Shown here piece by piece: positions 56,912 to 64,000 of a stretch of DNA of 64,000 nt. Both the position numbers and the translations under genes were made by a program. Origin of the DNA: Nostoc sp. DedSLP01 (lineage in GTDB: Bacteria > Cyanobacteriota > Cyanobacteriia > Cyanobacteriales > Nostocaceae); contig JAVRCJ020000002.1 of NCBI GenBank assembly GCA_034530875.2, positions 192,001 to 256,000 of the forward strand. Reading direction: 5' to 3'. The first letter of the stretch is position 1; each line of letters opens with the position of its first letter. A model generated the notes under the pieces. The model saw nothing but the letters and a program-made list of their open reading frames with translations, was not told the DNA's origin and did no database searches.

Positions 56912-59900
56912 TTAAATTGACAAACTCAACTGGGAACCTTGCTGAGTTTTATTCACTTCAATCCTGGCTTGGAAAGCTTCCTTGAGGTGGGGCATGTGAG
57001 TGACAGTGAGAATGCAAGCGAAATCAGAAGCGATCGCATTAATCGCTGCAACTAAGCGATCGCATCCTTCAGCATCTTGCGTCCCAAAACCCTCATCCAC
57101 AATTAACAATTGCAACGCCGCCCCCGCCCGTTGTGCTAATAATTTCGCTAAGGCTAAACGGATAGCAAAGTTAATTCTAAAAGCTTCTCCACCAGAATAA
57201 GTTTCATAAGCCCGGGTTCCTCTAGAATCGGCGATTAAAATATCCAAAGTATCTATCAACTTCACATTTTTCTTAGTTGATTTACCATTGCGTCCAGCTT
57301 TTTGAGTAATAAATTGTACGTGAAATTGATTGGCACTTAACCGCGAAAGTAATTGATTTGTCTCAGCTTCCAATTGCGGCAAGACATTTTCAATCATCAG
57401 TGTTTGGATGCCATTTTTACCAAAAGCTTGCGCCAATTCCTGATAAACACGCTGTTCGCGTTTGCAAGATTGTAATTGTTTGTATTGTTGTTCGTACTGA
57501 ATTTGCAGCGTTTCTAGTTGATGCGCCAACTGTTCTAAACGCCCCAACTTGGCGATTTGCTCGTCGAGTTGGCGTCTGCGTATTGCTAACTGCTGCTCTA
57601 GGGCTTGAATTTGGGCAGATGGGTTGGCTGTTGCTTGTAGTTGCTCGATTATGCTTTCGATTTGACTAGCAAGTTTTTGTCGCTCTGCTATTCTGACGCC
57701 TTTAGACTCCTCTAATTCTTGCAATCTCGTCTGAAGTTGGGGATACTGCTGCTGGGCTGCTATGAGTTGCTGATATCGCAAATGCCAAGATTGAGCTTTC
57801 TTGACAGCCATGCGGAGGTTGTTATGCACCTCCAAACTGTAGCCAATTTCAACGATGTGACGTTCCAGAGCTGCAATTTGTTTGGCACATTCAGAATTAG
57901 TTTGCTCTTGCTGGATTCTAGCTTGTAATTCTGCAATAGTAGCCATAAGTTCTGGCTTTCGGGCTGCTAGTTGCACTTGTCGCTTAGTAGCGTCTTTAAT
58001 CTGGCTTTGTTTAATTTCTGCCCAGCGCCATCGCTCAACTTCGCTGCGAGCTAGGGCGTGGTCTTGCTCGTTATAATTTGCTTGTTGCAGGTATTGGTCT
58101 AATTTTCGCAGTTCGGCTTGTTGTTCCGGAGCGTAATCACCACCTTGTAGCGATCGCTCTAAATGTTGTTTTTCAGCAGCAATTTGTTCTAATTGATTTT
58201 GGACATCAGTTGTCGCTTCTAACTGTGCTGCCAATTGTCCCCGTTGTTCGCGCAAACCGTCATAAATCGCCAATTCCTGCAAAATTTCCCGATATTTTTG
58301 TCTTAGCACCTGAATTTCTTTATCTGACACAGCCATTTGTTCCCGCACGACCCAAAACTGTCCTTGAGTATCATCAATCTCATTTTGGGTTTTTTCCACC
58401 ACGCGGCTCCAATGATGTTCGTCTAGTGGACGTTCGCACAACGGACAAAGAGCATTGGGATTTTGGAGCATTTGCAATTTTTGCTCTAATTGTCCCAGCA
58501 GTTTTTCATAATCGCGTTGATGAGCTTGCAGACGTTCGAGAAAATGACGCCTTTCTTGCCCTTTTTCCTGGACTCGTTGCAAATAAACCCGCTTTTTATC
58601 CAATTCCTCTATTTGGATTGCGACATCCATCACCGCTTGTTGCAATTGCGGTTGGCGTCGTTGCTGGCGTTGCAATTGGTTTTCTGTATTTTCCAGTTGT
58701 TCGAGCCTAGCGACTAAACCAGCATGAGTCCGATCTAATTGGCTTTGTAAAGCTGCTCGTTGTTGCAACAAAGGAGTCACCTGCATTTGCAATTGGTCTA
58801 AATGAGCAAGATGGTGACGTGCTGCGCCTAGTTGAGATAAAGCAGCCTCAACTTCACCTGATTTGGTGAGAGTTTGCTGAATTTCTCGCTCTTGTTGTTG
58901 CAAAGCTTCGAGTTGGGCTTGAGCTTGTTGCAGTTGGCGTTCGATTTCCTGAATTTGTTTGGTAAGCTGTTGTTGCTTTTGTTGGCGAGTTTGCCCAGCG
59001 CGGCTATATTCTTCAAATTTGGCAGCAAAAGCTTCTTCTTGAGATTGCAGACTTTGATATTGGGCGTATCCAGCCTTAATCTCGGCTTCTCGATCTAAAA
59101 TTTTTTCTAATTCTGATAGCTGACTCCTAACCGCTAACTGTTCTTGTTGCAGGCGATCGCAGTCTTGATTAAGATTTTGATATTGCTGCTTGACAAAGCT
59201 CAGTTGTTGTTCCCAGTTTTGCCGCTGGTGCTGGACAACTTGCAAACTTTGTAATTGAATATTGTCAAAAGCTTGTACTTGTTGCAGTTGATTTAGTTCG
59301 GCTTCTAACTGTTCTCTTTGCGCCTCAGTTGTCTGGCGTTGTTGCAGCTGAATTTTAATCGCATCTAAAGAACGTTCTAGTTCCTCCGCCCGTGCTTTAA
59401 ACTGACGAGAAGATTCCTTGGCTCGTTCTTCTAAATCATCATACTGATTGAGTTTTAACAACTCTGCTAAAATTTCCTTGCGTTCGGTAGGCCGTTTGAG
59501 CATGAATTCATCAGCTCGACCTTGACGCAGATAGGCAGAATTAATAAAAGTATCGTAATCGAGTTTAATGTGTTCTAAAATCAAATCTTGGGTTGCCCTT
59601 ACTCCTTTACCAGTGAGTGGGCGAAATCCAGAAGGTGTTTCTATTTGAAATTCTAGGACGCTACTACCTCCCCGAATTCGAGTGCGAATCACCCGATATG
59701 TTTGCTGGTTGCTTTGAAAAGTAAAATCAACCCGGACTTCTTTGGCACCAGAATAAATAACATCGTCTTCAGCACTGGCACGGCTTTCACCCCAAATTGC
59801 CCAAGTGATTGCTTCTAAAAGAGAGGATTTACCCGCACCATTGGAACCAGAAATACAAGCCGTATGCAAACCACGAAAATCTAAAGTTGCATCACGGTAA

Positions 59901-59938
59901 CTAAGGAAGTTTTTGAGGATAATTTGTACTGGGATCAT
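56912..59938 (-). CDS. sbcC: SbcC/Rad50 SMC-like ATPase
   Basis: GSNGAGKSS, central CPLC zinc hook, YSGGE signature, VDEGFGTQD. Confidence 0.95.
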   Translation of the reverse strand: MIPVQIILKNFLSYRDATLDFRGLHTACISGSNGAGKSSLLEAITWAIWGESRASAEDDVIYSGAKEVRVDFTFQSNQQTYRVIRTRIRGGSSVLEFQIETPSGFRPLTGKGVRATQDLILEHIKLDYDTFINSAYLRQGRADEFMLKRPTERKEILAELLKLNQYDDLEERAKESSRQFKARAEELERSLDAIKIQLQQRQTTEAQREQLEAELNQLQQVQAFDNIQLQSLQVVQHQRQNWEQQLSFVKQQYQNLNQDCDRLQQEQLAVRSQLSELEKILDREAEIKAGYAQYQSLQSQEEAFAAKFEEYSRAGQTRQQKQQQLTKQIQEIERQLQQAQAQLEALQQQEREIQQTLTKSGEVEAALSQLGAARHHLAHLDQLQMQVTPLLQQRAALQSQLDRTHAGLVARLEQLENTENQLQRQQRRQPQLQQAVMDVAIQIEELDKKRVYLQRVQEKGQERRHFLERLQAHQRDYEKLLGQLEQKLQMLQNPNALCPLCERPLDEHHWSRVVEKTQNEIDDTQGQFWVVREQMAVSDKEIQVLRQKYREILQELAIYDGLREQRGQLAAQLEATTDVQNQLEQIAAEKQHLERSLQGGDYAPEQQAELRKLDQYLQQANYNEQDHALARSEVERWRWAEIKQSQIKDATKRQVQLAARKPELMATIAELQARIQQEQTNSECAKQIAALERHIVEIGYSLEVHNNLRMAVKKAQSWHLRYQQLIAAQQQYPQLQTRLQELEESKGVRIAERQKLASQIESIIEQLQATANPSAQIQALEQQLAIRRRQLDEQIAKLGRLEQLAHQLETLQIQYEQQYKQLQSCKREQRVYQELAQAFGKNGIQTLMIENVLPQLEAETNQLLSRLSANQFHVQFITQKAGRNGKSTKKNVKLIDTLDILIADSRGTRAYETYSGGEAFRINFAIRLALAKLLAQRAGAALQLLIVDEGFGTQDAEGCDRLVAAINAIASDFACILTVTHMPHLKEAFQARIEVNKTQQGSQLSLSI

Positions 59939-59975
59939 TCACGCTATAGCGTCACATCTACTTTTAATCATTAAG

Positions 59976-59989
59976 AGTACAGATGCACT
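59976..59989. promoter_or_regulatory. LexA-box-like site upstream of sbcC
   Basis: AGTACAGATGCACT, one mismatch to the AGTAC-N4-GTACT palindrome, 37 bp before the start. Confidence 0.6.
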
Positions 59990-60624
59990 GTTTGTTAGTT
60001 TAGCTATCTAGATATCAGGTTTCTAGTCTTGAAGATATCAAATTTACAAAATTTTACAATTTTATAAGTAAATTTTTCTTGTTGGATGAATAATTTTTGC
60101 AGCATTCAGAGAAAAACGAAACTATTTTAGAGACTCCCTTGTATTTCCTGACGCTGACGGAGAATTGAAAATGAAAAGGGATGGAGAAGATAAACGAGAT
60201 AAGGCAGATAAGAGAGATATTAGTTTCGCATATTCTTTATTTCTAGATGCTATTTCCGAACGCCAATTAGTATCTAGAACTTGTATTTGATTTTTGAAAA
60301 ACTCCCCACTCCCCACTCCCTGGCGAACTTTATTACTTGACTAGGTATCAACAGTCCAATATATTTACCTAGAGCAATGAGGATGTTGTGTATGCGATGG
60401 GGATAAATTACCAAATCTATAGTAAAAATTAGCACAATTTTAGTGCTGAGATAAGATCCTAGCGATCGCTTTGCTATTCTCCAAGTTGCTAAACCAGCCA
60501 CATCACCAGTACCGCTTTGGGTAATTGCTAATTTCTATACCGCAAGCGTTTGCTTTTCGAGAAGTTGGTGAACTTGCATTGCAATTAAAAATCCGAAAAT
60601 TTCAGATACTCACGCAGTAACCCG

Positions 60625-61584
60625 ATGATTGAAAAAACAGTAAAAGTAACAAAAAGCGAACTATTGCCAGAGGGAGATTACGTTTCACCAGGATTTTCCA
60701 TTATTCAGCCAGATTCATGTTTTCCTAATATGATTTTGGGAAATCCATATAATAGTTTTTGGTATTACCTGCGGCGAGATATTGCTCATAACTGGTATGT
60801 AGATAGGCGACGCCAGGATACAGGATTTGTCAGCAGAGATGAAGCTCATATTCTGTATAATACAGCCTTAAAATTTCAGGGTAAAAAAGCTTTAGAAATC
60901 GGCTGTTGGATGGGTTGGTCAGCTTGTCATTTAGCTTTAGGAGGAGTGCAGCTAGATGTTATCGATCCGATGCTATCCCAAGAATTATTTTATGAGAGCG
61001 TCACAGATTCACTCAAATCAGCTGGTGTTAAGGAATCAGTGAATCTCATACCAGGATATAGCCCCCAAGCAGTAGAAGAATTAGCAAATAAATTTCAACG
61101 TAAATGGTCATTGATATTTATAGATGGGCATCACGAAACACCAGCCCCACTCAATGATGCAATAATTTGCGAACAATTTGCAGAACCCGATGCTTTAATT
61201 TTATTCCACGATTTAGCTTCTCCTGATGTTGGTGAAGGTTTGAATTACTTCAAACACAAAGGTTGGAACACAATGGTATATCAAACTATGCAAATCATGG
61301 GAGTTGCATGGCGCGGAAATATCGAGCCAGTAATGCATCAACCAGATCCTCAAATTAACTGGCGCTTACCTCCACATTTACGACAGTATCCTGTTAGTGG
61401 TTTGATACCAACTGTCGCGGAAGAAAAATTTAGAAAAGTCCTCAAATCATTTCAGCCGTATACTTTATTAAATGAAGAAAAATTATTCTCGCTGTACAGT
61501 CATGCAGATCAATTCTCTTATTATGTTTCTTGGCTACCACAAATGTTAAAACAGGCGATCGCCAGAACTAATAAAACCCAGTAA
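60625..61584 (+). CDS. Class I SAM-dependent methyltransferase (Methyltransf_24-like)
   Basis: LEIGCWMGWS, IFIDGHH, LFHD. Confidence 0.85.
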   Translation: MIEKTVKVTKSELLPEGDYVSPGFSIIQPDSCFPNMILGNPYNSFWYYLRRDIAHNWYVDRRRQDTGFVSRDEAHILYNTALKFQGKKALEIGCWMGWSACHLALGGVQLDVIDPMLSQELFYESVTDSLKSAGVKESVNLIPGYSPQAVEELANKFQRKWSLIFIDGHHETPAPLNDAIICEQFAEPDALILFHDLASPDVGEGLNYFKHKGWNTMVYQTMQIMGVAWRGNIEPVMHQPDPQINWRLPPHLRQYPVSGLIPTVAEEKFRKVLKSFQPYTLLNEEKLFSLYSHADQFSYYVSWLPQMLKQAIARTNKTQ

Positions 61585-61710
61585 CGCTAGTATCTTGATG
61601 GGATGGGCTTAATTACCCGTCCTATTATTATCAAATGGCTAATTGCGATCGCTTCACCTAGACCGAAGATAATTCAATCCTTACATTACTTGTTAAAACT
61701 ACCAATTTAA

Positions 61711-61873
61711 GAGGATGTTTGAAAAGTCCTCTTGTCGGTATCGAAAAGTTCTAGATCCCCTTAAATCCCCCTTTTTAAGGGGGACTTTGATTCCAGTTCC
61801 CCCCTTTTTAAGGGGGGTTAGGGGGGATCTAAACGCGCCTAAAATCACAGTAAAATACTTTTCAAACAACCTC
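61711..61873. mobile_element. 163-bp MITE with 17-bp terminal inverted repeats and a TAA target duplication
   Basis: GAGGATGTTTGAAAAGT ... ACTTTTCAAACAACCTC (1 mismatch); TAA at 61708-61710 and 61874-61876; internal CCCCC-TTTT-AA-GGGGG hairpins. Confidence 0.88.
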
Positions 61874-62160
61874 TAAGAATCAGTTCCCACTTGCTTTTTA
61901 TCTAATGGTAAATTCTCAGGTAACTGCCAAGAACGCCCTTGACAATAAACATAACCATTAGCGATGGAAATACCAAACATTTGTCGCATGATTTTGGTTG
62001 CTTCTTTTCTCTCTTCATCTGTTAAGTAATCCTCACCTTTGAAACCTGCTCGATAATGTCTAGGATTACCACCAGCTTCTACATAACGCTGCTTTCCAAT
62101 TTCTAAAATCTCTTGGAACCTTGCATACTTTTGTTTTTGCTCTTCAGTCCAATTTGCCAT
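61873..62160 (-). CDS. Hypothetical protein (95 aa)
   Basis: MANWTEEQ..RYVEAGG..YLTDEERKE; starts 2 nt after the upstream small ORF. Confidence 0.7.
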   Translation of the reverse strand: MANWTEEQKQKYARFQEILEIGKQRYVEAGGNPRHYRAGFKGEDYLTDEERKEATKIMRQMFGISIANGYVYCQGRSWQLPENLPLDKKQVGTDS

Positions 62161-62162
62161 AA

Positions 62163-62342
62163 TTACAAGTCCCAAGTAGTCGGAACAATATCACCATTTT
62201 GCAAAATCATAGCAATCGGCAAGACTGGGCTAGGCGTATTTATATACCAATTGCCACTATCTTCATCATAGAACGTATTACCGAGTAAATCTAGGGTTGT
62301 CAGTGCGTTCATAATTAAGTATTGCGCTTCACTCGGTTCCAT
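62163..62342 (-). CDS. Small acidic hypothetical protein (59 aa)
   Basis: Translated by hand: MEPSEAQYLIMNALTTLDLLGNTFYDEDSGNWYINTPSPVLPIAMILQNGDIVPTTWDL*. Confidence 0.65.
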   Translation of the reverse strand: MEPSEAQYLIMNALTTLDLLGNTFYDEDSGNWYINTPSPVLPIAMILQNGDIVPTTWDL

Positions 62343-62848
62343 CAGGAATTACTCTACAAATGGGTTTTAGCAATTCTTAAGGAAAGAGAAAGTATTTCCC
62401 AAGTCCTAGTAAATAATATATAGTAATCGGCTGAGATTGTTTAACTTACTTGGCTTACTAGCTAGAAACGCGATTAACCATTGTCTTTACGGGAATGGCT
62501 AAGAAGCTTTTCGAGTTAGAAAAAATCAAATACAAATCTTATAAAATAGAAGTAATAGTTTGCAATTACGTAAGTAAGTGGACGTCAGCAATCAAACAAA
62601 GTCAGGAAACAATTAAACTAATTTGGCGTCATTAAGAGTCTTTTACCTTCTATTTAGTAACGCACATTAGTACAATAAAAATTCTCAGGAGCAATATCTT
62701 TGATGGGCTATGCCAACGCATATACTCTACATCAAAAAAGTACTTCTGCCTCCGGAATATGCCTAAAGTCACGTTCGATAATATTCTGAAACAAACTCAG
62801 TAAACCCTCGTCATTACAGATACCACACATATTAAGGTCAACTTACCT

Positions 62849-63532
62849 ATGACTCATCTACATCAATTGAAATCTGGAACTGCTGCACTCATGGCAATGG
62901 CTGTTACTGCCAGTGTCATTAGCCCCATGATTCCTTTTGCTCCTGCTAACGCACAATACAATAGCGGGCAATATGGAAGCGTTACAATTCCTTCTGGAGT
63001 CAATTTACCTGTTAAGTACGAAAAAGAAACAATTACTATTGCTCCTGGGGAAAGTAAATCCATAACCTTGAGAATAGCAAATGATATTATCGACAGGAAT
63101 AGAAATGTCTTGATTCCCGCTGGTACTAAAGTAATTGGACGTTTAGAACCTGTTGACCTAGATGGTTATTCAACAGAGGATGATAACAAAGGGAAAGGCG
63201 TCCGATTTGTAGCCCAAGAATTAGAATTTTCTAACGGCCGCCGTCTGTCAATTAATGCAACTTCTCGCACATACACTACAACTCAAAAAGTTAAACAAGG
63301 ACCTAGCACTGGTCAAGTCTTAACTGATGCAGGTATTGGTGCTGGTGCTGGTCTTTTGGGTTCGCTAGTTACTGGCAATAGCAAAATTGATGATTTAAAA
63401 CCTGTGATTGGCGCGGCTGCGGGTGCAGGAGCAAGTGTCCTATTGCGGAAAAAAGAAACAAATGCTTTCGTGATCAGACCTGCACAAGATTTGAGGCTGA
63501 CACTAAATTCTAATTTGACCCTATCCCGCTAA
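62849..63532 (+). CDS. Exported protein with a TrbI-like beta domain and glycine zipper
   Basis: Signal peptide, LIPAGTKVIGRL, GAGAGLLG..GAAAGAGA. Confidence 0.8.
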   Translation: MTHLHQLKSGTAALMAMAVTASVISPMIPFAPANAQYNSGQYGSVTIPSGVNLPVKYEKETITIAPGESKSITLRIANDIIDRNRNVLIPAGTKVIGRLEPVDLDGYSTEDDNKGKGVRFVAQELEFSNGRRLSINATSRTYTTTQKVKQGPSTGQVLTDAGIGAGAGLLGSLVTGNSKIDDLKPVIGAAAGAGASVLLRKKETNAFVIRPAQDLRLTLNSNLTLSR

Positions 63533-63576
63533 TAGGTTTAACTTTATTCAAGTCGTGACTTTAATCATTATCCATA

Positions 63577-63612
63577 GGCGATCGCACACTATATTGAAGG
63601 TGGCGATCGCCT
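63577..63612 (+). terminator. HIP1-based stem-loop downstream of 62849..63532
   Basis: AGGCGATCGC...GCGATCGCCT. Confidence 0.5.
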
Positions 63613-63907
63613 TCATTTTTCAGCCTAAAAAATTTATTTTCACGCAACTATTCCATCTCTATATCGTCTTACTGCATATTCAGAATTTTATAGACATTTA
63701 TTTAATAGCGTTAACCGATAAAAGCCCAATCGGGCTATTACTTATTGCCTAATTTTTGAAAACCGTTTTGCAATTTTGATTATGTGTTTTAACTATATTT
63801 TCGAGGTATTTTTTCTGACAGAAAATCTAAAGTGACAGGAACATAAAAAGTTAGAAAGTGTCTAATTAATTAACAGTAAATAAATAATTGTAGAGGAATA
63901 AAAAGTA

Positions 63908-64000
63908 ATGTTTACTTTAAATCGTTGGCAATCTGGAACAGCTGCACTCATGGCTTTAAGCGTTACAGTTGGAACTGTAGCACCCTTCGTTACAGCTGCA
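63908..64000 (+). CDS. Start of an exported protein whose signal peptide is paralogous to 62849..63532 (truncated by the window end)
   Basis: MFTLNRWQSGTAALMALSVTVGTVAPFVTAA versus MTHLHQLKSGTAALMAMAVTASVISP. Confidence 0.75.
   Translation, partial: MFTLNRWQSGTAALMALSVTVGTVAPFVTAA

Noticed and set aside
60122..60501. Small minus-strand ORFs upstream of sbcC
   Set aside because: No recognisable motifs; they cross heptamer repeats and HIP1 and are probably spurious.

Overview
A 64-kb chromosomal window from a filamentous cyanobacterium, probably Nostocales (very dense HIP1 GCGATCGC, heptameric tandem repeats, petN, ycf46, Uma2 and Rpn genes). The core backbone comprises glk, a LIV-type amino-acid ABC operon, moaC, tRNA-Arg(ACG), petN, a three-gene pnt transhydrogenase, rpmH-rnpA-yidC-jag-yceD-ycf46 and sbcC. 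Main points of interest: (1) At 1-7.1 kb, two glycine-rich/cadherin/RTX secreted paralogs flank a sulfotransferase resembling the Xanthomonas tyrosine sulfotransferase RaxST, with a nearby APS kinase (cysC), duplication scars and three helically phased 21-bp repeat arrays; this is a candidate protein-sulfation system. (2) The ABC operon leader contains a three-way-junction RNA with mutually exclusive terminator/antiterminator pairing, a candidate riboswitch or attenuator; a GMC oxidoreductase is embedded in the same operon. (3) A 1983-aa CHAT protease-STAND ATPase-23xWD40 NLR-like protein. (4) An ETR1-type ethylene-binding kinase lies opposite a multi-GAF cyanobacteriochrome kinase. (5) A repeat-delimited toxin-antitoxin/defence cassette hotspot, plus several very small mobile elements (HIP1-targeting inserts, a MITE, nested repeats). 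Family assignments come from motif recognition by eye; no database searches were run.
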